Assembly (NCBI GenBank): GCA_041178425.1 | Contig: JBEGVH010000009.1 | Location: 32,001 to 96,000 of the forward strand | Source: Pseudomonadota bacterium | GTDB lineage: Bacteria; Bdellovibrionota; Bdellovibrionia; Bdellovibrionales; Bdellovibrionaceae | DNA: 64,000 nucleotides | Reading direction: 5' to 3' | Shown: positions 1 to 10,600 of the stretch, in pieces | How the letters are laid out: every line of letters starts with the position of its first letter | How positions within the stretch are numbered: the first letter of the stretch is position 1 | Notes under the pieces: generated by a model | What the model saw: the letters and a program-made list of their open reading frames with translations, nothing else | Database searches by the model: none | What the model was told of the DNA's origin: nothing | Made by a program: the position numbers and the translations under genes

Positions 1-316
1 GCGGGTGATCACCGTTTACGATAAGAACCAGACCATCAATGGTTTCGACTTGAGCGGCTTTAACTGCATCGGCAGTACCCATCGGCTGCGCTTGATCGTA
101 GCAATGAACAGGAAGAATATTTGCAACATTTTTGACCAAATTGCTTTGGTGGCCCACCACTAAACGAATATCTTCTGCTCCGCTTCCCATACAGGCATGA
201 ATGACTTTGTGAATCATCGGCACTCCGGCAACGGGGTGAAGCACTTTTGGTAGGGGTGAGGCCATTCGAGTGCCCTTACCGGCAGCCAAAATGATTGCAG
301 AAACCTTAGTACTCAT
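1..316 (-). CDS. glmU: GlmU-like UDP-GlcNAc pyrophosphorylase, N-terminal part (runs off window)
   Basis: Manual translation from ATG at 316: MSTKVSAIILAAGKGTRMASPLPKVLHPVAGVPMI, the LAAGKGTRM...PKVLH signature. C-terminal acetyltransferase domain not visible. Confidence 0.8.
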   Translation of the reverse strand, partial: MSTKVSAIILAAGKGTRMASPLPKVLHPVAGVPMIHKVIHACMGSGAEDIRLVVGHQSNLVKNVANILPVHCYDQAQPMGTADAVKAAQVETIDGLVLIVNGDHP

Positions 317-378
317 TTTTTTCTCCTAACAAAACCTGTGACTCTCGCCTTAACATCGAAGCATACTTATATCCAGAG

Positions 379-1089
379 ATGAACTCAAAAATTTATTTTA
401 ATCCTACATGGGCCAAAACTAGGCAAGGGCTAAATATTCCTCTTTGGAGTTCGCAAGCCCCAGAAACTCTGCATGGTCGTCAGGGGCGTAATCCTATTTT
501 GTTCATTGGTGGTGTTCATGGCGATGAACCCGAAGGCGTTTGGCTCGCCGAAGCTTTTTTGAATGCCATTCAGACTGAGTATCTGAAAAGGGCACACACG
601 ACCTCATCGACTTGGCCGGGGCGCAATTGGATTTTAATTCCATGCTTGAATCCCGAGGGCTATGAACGCCAAGAACGCACCAATTCGGCGGGCGTTGATC
701 TGAACCGAAATTTTCCTTCGACCGATTGGTCTCCCGAAGCAAAGGCGCCGCGATATAATCCTGGTGCTCAACCTGGCTCAGAGCCAGAGGTTCAAGCTAC
801 TATTCGCGCCATCAATCTTTTTAAGCCAGAGCTCATCATTCATTTTCATTCATGGCAGCCTTGTGTGGTTTACACAGGAAGCCCGGGGGCATCCGTGGCT
901 CGTCAAATCGGTGAGCACGCCGGTTACGAATACAGAGAAGACATCGGTTACCCTACTCCCGGGAGTCTTGGTCAGTATGGTTGGCTTAATCACAAAACTC
1001 CCGTGATCTGCATTGAAGAACGCGAGGGAACCGCTCGAGAGCTTATTTGGCCGCGTTTTGAATGGGCCCTCATGGACCTATTGAAATGA
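379..1089 (+). CDS. mpaA: Murein tripeptide amidase MpaA-like M14 zinc carboxypeptidase
   Basis: GGVHGDE, NPEG, NSAGVDLNRNFP, SEPE, HFHSW, IGYPTPGSLG motifs. Confidence 0.8.
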   Translation: MNSKIYFNPTWAKTRQGLNIPLWSSQAPETLHGRQGRNPILFIGGVHGDEPEGVWLAEAFLNAIQTEYLKRAHTTSSTWPGRNWILIPCLNPEGYERQERTNSAGVDLNRNFPSTDWSPEAKAPRYNPGAQPGSEPEVQATIRAINLFKPELIIHFHSWQPCVVYTGSPGASVARQIGEHAGYEYREDIGYPTPGSLGQYGWLNHKTPVICIEEREGTARELIWPRFEWALMDLLK

Positions 1090-1799
1090 ATCTACTCCCC
1101 ATTTCTTGGCAAGCCTGGATCTTTGATCTCGACGACACTCTTCTTGACACGTCTGGGCTCTTGGTTCCCGAAGCCATTCGTCGCGCCTGCGAATTCTTAG
1201 TCACACAAAAAATATTTACCTCTGTTGAAGAGGGACTAAACCGATGGACAGAGAGCCGCACCGGAGCCTATGGGGCTAATCTTTTTTATGAGATTATTCC
1301 TTTGATCGACGATCTCAGGCGAAAGCAACTCGCCGAACAAGCCTACCGAATTTTTCGATCTCCCCCAATTCCAAAGAACCTTGAACTGAGGCTTGGAGGA
1401 CGACAACTTTTAGAACTGGCGGCGATGCAATTCCCAGTTTTTTTAGTTACTCAGGGCGACATCGATGTGCAAATGAGTAAAGTCGAAGAATTAAGAATTA
1501 TTTCTTACTTTAAACATGTTTACTACATCGACCCCTTTGCTAACGAAAACAAACTCAAGGCTTTTAATGCGATTTTGTCTCAATGGCAATTTGATCCGAA
1601 GAGAGTTTTGTCGATTGGTAATCGTCTCGACAATGAAATCGAGTTTAGCAAAAGTCTTGGAATGAAAACCTGCTATGTGCGCCATGGAGAGCACGCTCAT
1701 GATCAGCCGCGTTTGGCGCTTCAGATTCCTGACTACGACATCGTCGAACTCTCAGAATTAAGAAAATTCTTAAGACTTTCATTAAACCTCGAAGGATAA
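1086..1799 (+). CDS. HAD-superfamily hydrolase
   Basis: FDLDDTLLD motif I, LVT motif II, IGNRLDNEI motif IV variant; ATGA overlap with mpaA stop. Confidence 0.8.
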   Translation: MNLLPISWQAWIFDLDDTLLDTSGLLVPEAIRRACEFLVTQKIFTSVEEGLNRWTESRTGAYGANLFYEIIPLIDDLRRKQLAEQAYRIFRSPPIPKNLELRLGGRQLLELAAMQFPVFLVTQGDIDVQMSKVEELRIISYFKHVYYIDPFANENKLKAFNAILSQWQFDPKRVLSIGNRLDNEIEFSKSLGMKTCYVRHGEHAHDQPRLALQIPDYDIVELSELRKFLRLSLNLEG

Positions 1800-1801
1800 T
1801 C

Positions 1802-3196
1802 ATGAACGAAATTATTCTCATTGGATGGAACGAAAAACCATGGTCTTTTGAGGCCACTTTGTTTAACAATGTCGAAGCCTTTCTAGGTCACAACAAAAAT
1901 GATGACTCTCGGTGCATTTTTATCGTGAAGTGCCCTTCAGAGATTGACCAGTTAAAATCGGTATTAGTTACTCTTTCTTCAAAACACGAACCCATTCTTC
2001 TCATTGGCATCGAGCATTACGCCACCCTTGATCTTGTTAAAATTAGTTCCCAATACCCTGTTGTCGCCATGCTAAACTCCTCAGATTGGGAACGAACCGA
2101 AGACCTACTCAACGCTCTTCTCTTAACTCGTCGCCTTGAGGAGCAAGAGTTAGCGCACCAAAAACTTTTGCGAGAAGAAGAATTTCGCCAAGAAAAGCAG
2201 TATGAGCAATTGTTGTTGAACCTCCGCGAACAACAATCCCTAATTACCGAAATTCAAAATCGGCTTTTAAACGGCCTCCAACAAGAAAAACTTTTGCACG
2301 ACACGCTTCTTATTATCATGACGAGCCAGGGTATTGGTGAAATTGAACTCCGACTAGAAGAAACCTTAGCCCCCCTCCTTGGCCCACTTCATTTACGCTT
2401 GATCCTCCATGATGGATCAAGCCATCCTCAATCGTGGGCTAATCCATCTATTGCCTTTGAGCTTCATGAACAAGAACAATCTCTTGGTCGCATGATTGTT
2501 ACTCCGACGGGAGGTCAGAATTTCGAGCGCAAGGAGCTTCTCATACTCGAAAACATTTCAGAAGCCATTGCTTTGCATATTCCGCGTTTTCTTGCTTTTG
2601 AAGCCAACGCGCTACTCGAAACAGAATGGCGAGCCACCTTCGACGCGATTCTTGACCCCGTCCTTCTAGTTAATGGCAGCTATATGGTGGTCGAAGCTAA
2701 CAAATCCGCTCGGGACCGCGCCGAAAAAAACAAAACGTCGACAAGCAAGCCGTGCTACGAGGTAATGTTTGGTCGTTCCCATCCCTGCATTTTCTGCCGT
2801 TTTGGAACAAAATCAAACCTCGAACCGAAATCCTCCGCACCTGCGGAGCAGTGGGAGATGAGCAGTCATGAGTTGAGGATAAAAAAATCGGCTGAGAAAA
2901 TTTACGTTCATTTGTATCGCAACAAATTTTCTCAAATCGAGCTAGAAACCCGAATTAGCGACTTCGCCAAAAACGCTGAGGTCGGCATTTTTAAATCGAG
3001 TCTTGCCCACGAACTGAATAATCCCATCGGCGGTCTTCTGACGTTGGCCCAGCTTCAAAAAATGGATCTTATTGCTGGCCATCCCCTTTTACCACTAGTC
3101 GAAGAAATAGAAAAACAGGCGCTCTTGTGCCGAGACCTTATTCTCGACCTTTTGCAGAGAGCGCGTAACGCGCCCACCCCCACCAAGGGCTCGTAG
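1802..3196 (+). CDS. Sensor protein with coiled coil, GAF-like, PAS and HisKA (H-box) domains but no HATPase domain
   Basis: EWRATFDAILDPVLLVN...ANKSA...CYEVMFGRSHPCIFC PAS; LAHELNNPIGG H-box; ORF ends ~60 aa later without N/G1/F/G2 boxes. Confidence 0.7.
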   Translation: MNEIILIGWNEKPWSFEATLFNNVEAFLGHNKNDDSRCIFIVKCPSEIDQLKSVLVTLSSKHEPILLIGIEHYATLDLVKISSQYPVVAMLNSSDWERTEDLLNALLLTRRLEEQELAHQKLLREEEFRQEKQYEQLLLNLREQQSLITEIQNRLLNGLQQEKLLHDTLLIIMTSQGIGEIELRLEETLAPLLGPLHLRLILHDGSSHPQSWANPSIAFELHEQEQSLGRMIVTPTGGQNFERKELLILENISEAIALHIPRFLAFEANALLETEWRATFDAILDPVLLVNGSYMVVEANKSARDRAEKNKTSTSKPCYEVMFGRSHPCIFCRFGTKSNLEPKSSAPAEQWEMSSHELRIKKSAEKIYVHLYRNKFSQIELETRISDFAKNAEVGIFKSSLAHELNNPIGGLLTLAQLQKMDLIAGHPLLPLVEEIEKQALLCRDLILDLLQRARNAPTPTKGS

Positions 3197-3404
3197 CCAA
3201 ACTTTAGTTTTAAATTGACTCACTGTTCTTTTTTGATTCGTGACTTAAATCGAGAACAAAGTGATTTGAATCAAAGTAAAACACTTCTCTCTTCCCAGAC
3301 GATGGCCTAATTCATTTGGTTGACCTGTGGGATTAAGGTCACTTTTGCCCAATCCACATTTTGCCAATTCCATGAATTTTCGATGATTTAAGTTACTTTA
3401 TCGC

Positions 3405-3432
3405 TAAAGTAAATCTCATAAAAAGCCGACAA
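3405..3432 (+). promoter_or_regulatory. Putative sigma-28 (FliA) promoter overlapping an 8-bp inverted repeat
   Basis: TAAAGTAA-N12-GCCGACAA vs consensus TAAA-N15/16-GCCGATAA; TTACTTTA-tcgc-TAAAGTAA IR at 3393-3412. Confidence 0.5.
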
Positions 3433-3440
3433 GATATTGA

Positions 3441-4664
3441 ATGAAAAGGATTTTCGGCTTTATAAATTTTATCTTCATAGTGACGAGCGTTCTGGTAGGA
3501 TGCTTCAAAGGAAACTATGATGGTGCTTCAACGGGTGAAGATTCTCCTGCTGTGGTCACGTTCGATGGTGCGCAGTCTGCCGAAAATATCAATGGCACAA
3601 CGATTCAACTTAATTGGAATTTATCCACCGACAAAACCATCGAAGAGTACCAAATATTTTCTGTGCAAACCGACAATTCTTTAAAACTCATTGGCGTAAC
3701 CTCCAGTGACACAAGCACCTACACCGTGACTGGTCTCACCGCCGGCTATTTGCAAAAGTACGTCGTCCGCGCTTATAGAAAATCTGGTACTATCGATACC
3801 AATCGAAAAATTGTATCAGCCCTCCCCTACGCAGGAATTAGCTCAGCAACGGTCATCGATCAAACCACCGTTGACCTTGCCTTCCCAGGTGCTGCCGATG
3901 CAGCCAACCTTCGCATTTTTTGCGCCACGGGTATTGCTGGCGCAATGACTCTAAGGCAACAGGTAAACTCATCAACATCAATCGTGCGATTGAGCAGCCT
4001 TACAACCGGTGAGCTTTACAGTTGCAAAGTGAAAGCGGTTTTGCCCGACGGCAGCGAAGATCAAAACACCACGGTGAAGAGTTTCATTCCTGACACCGTG
4101 ACTGATCCTTTTGGATTTAGTGGTCTTACCAGTGCCGTGAATAGCAACGGCACAACTATCCAGCTGACTTGGACACCAGCAACGCCCATCGCTGGAAAAA
4201 CAATTCAAGGGTATCGAGTGTATCAGGTCGATGGCGATAATGAACTTGATTTTGCCGATGTCACGCCAAGCAGTGCTTCTGGCTACCAAGCTATTGGCCT
4301 TACGCCAGGAACCAATTACCGATACATGGTCAGGGCCGTCGATTCCAACGGACTTCTCGATAGCAATCAAGTTTGGAAGTGGGCTTTCACTTATGCTGGA
4401 ATAACGTCGGCGAGCTCGCCCTCAGGAACGATTGCCAATCTGTTTTTCCCAACTGCCCCTTCCGCGACTCAATTAAATATTTATTGTTGGAAGGACTCCG
4501 ACCCAAGACCAACTATCCCAACAGCTTCTCTACCGGGGACCAGCAGTTCACATCAAGTCACAGGACTATTACCAAGTACCCGATACAAATGCGCCGTCCA
4601 AGCTGTCGGTGTTGGAGGAGAGGATGGTAACCCTGCCATCCAATTATTTACGACGCCCATGTGA
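3441..4664 (+). CDS. Fibronectin type III repeat lipoprotein
   Basis: Lipobox LVGC; four FN3-like units (IQLNW...Y.V.GL..G..Y.VRA) arranged as a duplicated pair. Confidence 0.75.
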   Translation: MKRIFGFINFIFIVTSVLVGCFKGNYDGASTGEDSPAVVTFDGAQSAENINGTTIQLNWNLSTDKTIEEYQIFSVQTDNSLKLIGVTSSDTSTYTVTGLTAGYLQKYVVRAYRKSGTIDTNRKIVSALPYAGISSATVIDQTTVDLAFPGAADAANLRIFCATGIAGAMTLRQQVNSSTSIVRLSSLTTGELYSCKVKAVLPDGSEDQNTTVKSFIPDTVTDPFGFSGLTSAVNSNGTTIQLTWTPATPIAGKTIQGYRVYQVDGDNELDFADVTPSSASGYQAIGLTPGTNYRYMVRAVDSNGLLDSNQVWKWAFTYAGITSASSPSGTIANLFFPTAPSATQLNIYCWKDSDPRPTIPTASLPGTSSSHQVTGLLPSTRYKCAVQAVGVGGEDGNPAIQLFTTPM

Positions 4665-4677
4665 TTAACCAGGAAGG

Positions 4678-7600
4678 ATGATTACTATGCGATGGTTTGA
4701 AAATTATTTGACACTGCTCTTGACCTCGATTCTCGCAATCTTGGCTCAACCACTCTTTGCAGCAGAAGAGGCCGTTCAATCCTTTAGTGTGAGCGGTACG
4801 CTTTACCAATCGGGATCAACCACTCCTCTTCACGACCCGGCTACCACCTTTAAAATACAAATCATTAGCCCCGACCGAGCATGCCTTCTTTACGAAGAGC
4901 AGCAAGTCGTTAATATTGGATCAACCGGCTACTTCAATATTCAAGTTGGTTCTGCAAGATCATCTAACAAAAGAACAGCAAACGATCCACGACACTCTAT
5001 GACACAGGTTTTTCAGAATGTCGGAATGATTTTTGCCAATAATGTGGGAGTCACTCAATGCCCGGGTGGACTTTATATTCCCAGTCCGGGAGACACTCGG
5101 TACGTTCGCCTCACAGTCACTCCGTCTTCCACCAATTCTCCTGACACTCTTTCGCCCGATATCGCTATTGGCTCGGTGACGTCTTCACTCGTTGCTCAAA
5201 GCGTTCAAGGCCTCGAGAGAAATAAAATCCTTCAGGTCAGAGAAAACAACTCTGTGTCTCTCACTCAAGGAAACCTCGAATGGCTATTTAATTCGACAAA
5301 CTTATCGAATCTACAAACTGTGCTTTCAGGTGGGCTTGTTTCAGCACCTGGCACCGGCGTGGCCCTTCCGCAATTTAATGGTGCTCCAGTAAACCTCAAC
5401 GAAGGCACGATCTGGTATGATACAAACGAAGACGTCATTAAATATTCCAAGGGCAGCTTGACCGCGCCCCTCACACTGGTGAACAGCACGTCGGGGACGA
5501 TCGGAGGATCGGTCGTGGTTGATACGACTGGTTATATAAGAACTTCCAATTACGTGAATGCAGGTTCTTTGTATTCGCCTTATATTTATGGAGGCTCTGC
5601 CCCTTCATCCAACCTCACAATAGATTCTACTTCCGACGCCACAAAAGGGAATATTATAATTGGCCCGACGACCAGCGCGGTTGGAATCGGCACGACGACG
5701 CCGACGGCAAAAGTCCATATCTCGGCGGGAGGCACCACACCCGGCAAAGCCCCGTTTAAGCTGACAAATGGTGGGCTGTTATCAACACCCGAAGCTGGTG
5801 CCATCGAGTACGATGGAACTAGTCTCTATTACACAGATACTTCAGGAACACCCGCTCGTCATACCCTGGCAACGGTTGCCGGAAGCGTTGCCAGTCTGCG
5901 AGGCGATGTGACAACTCTCGACGCCGCTGATCCTGCCCAACCAGGAACTTATAATGCGACGGTCGTGTCGGTCGGTGGATCATCGGCTACGCAAGTGAAT
6001 CAATCGCGCCTGGACACTGAGGCCGCCACGGCCAATAATAACGCAGAGACGATTGTAAAAAGAGATGCCTCAGGAAATGTGAGCGTCGGTGATTCTTCTC
6101 ACCGAAAAATCTATTTGAGAGATTCTGGTTCTAATACAGTTAGCTTAGAGGCCGCCTCAACGACTAGTTCTTACTCTTTAAAATGGCCCGCAGCGAAAGC
6201 AGATTCGACCAATAAAGTTCTGGCATCAGACACCGACGGTAATTTATCTTGGATTAACCTGGGTTCTGTCGATGGTAAAGTCAGCTTGACCTCCCAGGTA
6301 ATTGGCGTGTTGCCGATTGCCAATGGTGGTACGAACTCAGCTGTGGCTTTAAATAATAATCGTTTAATGTACTCCTCCGGTGGCGCCATTATTGAAATGG
6401 GCGAGTTGTCGACCGGTCAAATCGTTGTGGGAAAAACTGGAGACGCGCCCCAAATTAAAACTCTGAACGAAGATGTTGTTGTGGATGAAACAGGAAAAAC
6501 CACCATCAATAAGGTTAAAGGAACAACAGTAAGCGGTGTTGGATTACTTTCGGGCAATCTCCTGCAAAACACCTCTGCTAGTGCGATTGGTCTGAATAAC
6601 CTCCTTATTTCTAATGCCACAGGAGTTCAGGATTTTCCTGCCACAGGCGAAAAGGTGCTTCTCACAGTGGCAGGAATCCCAACTTGGACTGCGCAAAATG
6701 CCGATAGCTTTACCCAATATGTTCTATTAAATGGTCGAACCTCTGGCCAAACAATCAATGGGGGCGCTGATGCCAATGGCAATCTCACCCTAGAGTCTAC
6801 GAGCAACGGCACCAAAGGAAACATTCTTCTTTCGCCCAACGGGGGAAGCTCGGTGGCCGTTGGCACATCAACACCGCTCTCTAAGTTCTCTGTGGTAGGT
6901 GGTGCAATGAGTGCCGGGCCGCAAGGAACCAGCGCCGGTCAAGGTGGTGAGGTTCGTTTTTATGAACTCGGAGCTAACGGAAGCGACTATGTTGGATTTC
7001 GGGCGCCGGACGCTCTTGCGGGCACGAAAGTTTGGACTTTGCCGACAGCTGATGGAACTTCCGATCAAGTGCTTAAAACAGATGGTAGTGGTACGCTCAG
7101 TTGGTCCACTCTCAATACAGGACAAATAGGAACTGGTGCGGCAGACGCCACTAAATATCTTCGTGGCGACCGAGCATGGTCAGACTTTAATGCCGCAGCC
7201 ATTGGGTCTAATCTCACGGGCTACGCCACGGCATCGCCAGCATCAATCTCTTCAAGTGATTCCGTTCTCCAGGCCGTTCAAAAACTCGATGGGAACGATT
7301 CACTCTGGCTAAAAAAAGATGGCTCCCGCCCTCTCACAGGCAACTGGGACGCAGGCGCATTCAAAGCAACATTTAACAGTGTTCAGGTTGGATCTGCCGC
7401 CAACACGATCACAGGCCTCTCAACAATCGTTAACACTGGCACTCTCACCTTGCCAACGACTACAGATACGATCGTTGGTCGTGCGACCACCGACACTCTC
7501 ACGAATAAAACGCTCTCTGACTCAACCACAGTGGTGGCCAATGCGACGACACCCTCTAAACAACTAGCGTTTAGTTTGAGCAATCAATCCGAAAGCACCA

Positions 7601-10600
7601 CATTAACCATTTCGCCCACACAAAGCACAACTCAATCTTTGGCGATTCCTGATGTGCTTGGTAGCGATTCTTTTGTTACAAACAACACAACCGCCACACT
7701 CAAAGGAAAAACAATTAAGATCAGCGATAGCAACGTGATCGAAGGACTCACAAACTCTTCTATTAGCGACTCTGCTGCGATAGCTCGATCGAAGATGGCC
7801 GTCGATGCCAACAAAGGTGGTCTCGTCTATAACGACGCATCCACCGGCGCTCTCACAAGCCTCAATCCTGGGTCGGCTAATTATCCTTTATTGTCTGCAG
7901 GCACTAATGCCTCACCCGTCTGGTCGGGCATTAGTCTTGCCAATGACAACATTAAACTTCCACCTGGCAAGTCGATTAGTAATGATAGCGGCAACATGAG
8001 TATCTCGGCCGTGGGCGATATGACTGTCAACGCCAGCGGCGACACCACTGTGAAAGGCGCCAATACTTATATCGGTAACACATTGGCGGCTTCTGAAACC
8101 CGCATTTCTGGGGGAGCGAGTGGTGCCTCTTATCTTAAAATAAAATCAACGGGTGGTATTGAGTTCGCGGCCCCAAGTGGAATCACATCGGATGGGCCCC
8201 TCGGCCTAGGCACAACGTCACCAACGTCGATGCTCCATACGGTTGCAAGCGGGGCCAAGACTTCTGCTTACACAGGCAACTACCTTTCGAACACGGCCAC
8301 TTCAGGCACCGGATCCATTGCCAAGATTGGTCTCGATGTTCAATCGACTGGCACGTGGAATGGTGCTTCGGCGACGAACACTGGTCTTAATGTAAACGTA
8401 AGTGGCGGAACGACCAATTATGCTGCCACCTTCAATGGCGGCAATGTAGGTATCGGTACGACTTCGCCAACAGGCACGTTAGAGGTGAGCAGTACAAACA
8501 CAGGTTCGTCTAATTCTTATGGTGTGAAGATCACACCAACCTATAATCAAACGGGTTCAGCAGCTAATACTGACCTTTTAATCAATCGCACGCAGACAGC
8601 GGTTGGCAGTGGCACCCAAAATTTGATAGACGCGCAGGTCAATGGCACTTCAAAATTTAGCGTTGATAACGGTGGTAACGTAACAGTCGTTGGGGTGCTT
8701 ACTGCTGCGAATATTTCGGGTAATTCCTCCACCGCCACCAATTTATCGAACGGTTCACTAGGAGCAATTCCTTATCAAAGTGCTGCAAGCACTACGGCGA
8801 TGCTCACGGGCAACTCAACCACCACAAAAAAATACCTCACGCAAACGGGAACTGGGAGTGCTAGTGCAGCACCAGCTTGGAACACCATTGATACTGGTGA
8901 TATTACTTCGGGAATTTTGGGTGTTGACCGTGGCGGGACTGGCGTGGGCACCATCACTGGCATTATCAAGGGAAGTGGTACCTCGGCATTTACGGCGGCA
9001 ACGGCAGGAACTGACTACTCGGTGCCGGCCAATGTGGAATCATTTACAGGTGCGAAGACATTTGATAACGATAAAATTTTACTGAAAGGTAGCAGTTCAG
9101 GAACTACGACTTTCCATTCGAACAACTCAACTGCTACTAATTTCACTCTTAATTTTCCTGCCACTAATGATACCTTAGTGGCCAGAAATACGACGGACAC
9201 TTTAACCAATAAAACGCTCTCCGATTCAACAACCCGATTTGCTAACGTGACTGATGCCACAAAAAAATTAGCTTTTAGTTTGGGCGGACAAACAACCAAC
9301 ACCACACTTACGATCACGACCGCTCAGTCCACAGATCAATCACTATCCCTTCCAAATGTAGGAGCCAGTGATTCGATTGTTACCAACAATACGACCGCAA
9401 CCCTCAAAGGAAAAACCATTAATATTGGAGCTCCCGATAATAACGTTATCACTGGACTCACCGACTCGAGTATTAGCAACTCAGCCGCTATCGCTCGTTC
9501 AAAAATAGCAGCCGACACCAGCGTAAAAGGTGGATTAGTTTACAACGATGCCATTTCAGGAAGTCTTGCGAGCCTCACGCCAGGAACAGCTGGTTTACCA
9601 CTGATTTCGGGCGGTACTAGCACCGCTCCAGGCTGGTCGACCGTCAGTCTTGCAAGCGGCAATGTCACGCTCCCAGCGAGTGGCAACATCACCAACGTAA
9701 GCGGAAACATGAGCGTCTCGGCCGTTGGCAACCTCACCGTTACGGGTGGTGCAAGTGCGAATACCTATGTGGGCAACACAGGCTCAAACACCTATGTTGG
9801 CAACAGTACCGCGGGAACGACCATGATTTACGGTGGATCTTCATCCAGTATTCTGGTGGACTCTAGCGGTGTAACGATGACAGGTACCTCCATTAAAGCT
9901 CCGAACTTTATGCCAACGGGATCCACCAAACCCACCGATGGAATGTATCTTCCCGCTGCAAGCACTGTTGGTATTTCAGCGGGCAACACTTTGGCGGCTC
10001 AATTCACTTCAACAGGTTCGTCCTTCAGTGGAAGTGTGGGCATTGGCACCACAACTCCTGGCGCCTCGCTTGACATCACACCCGCTGCAAACACTATTGG
10101 ACTTCAAAGCACGGGCTATTCCCTCACGGGTGCCAACGCTCAGTCACTTGTGAATCTCTCTGGCACCTGGAACACCTCAGGCACACCGACCTTAATCAAA
10201 GCTAATGTGACGGACACTTTAAGCAATGCGAGCTCCCTCCTACTCGACTTGCAGGTGGGTGGTACTAGTATGTTTAAGGTGAATAAAGCAGGCAACTTGA
10301 CGAATACGGGATCTGTGACGGCGACGGGTGGCTTTTATGGGCCGCTAACGGGTAATGTGAGTGGTAATCTAACGGGCAATGTGATTGGTAATATTTCTGG
10401 CGCAACGGGAGTTTTTTCGACGTCGGTCACATCACCGCTGCTTCTTGGAGGAACAACAACAACCTCTTCGTTGACTTACAAAACCACTACGGCGGTGGGA
10501 ACTAGTGGAGCTGATCATATATTTCAAGTCGGCAACAACGGCGGTACCGAAGCCATGCGTATACTTAATTCTGGCAACGTGGGTATCGGCACAGCAACTC

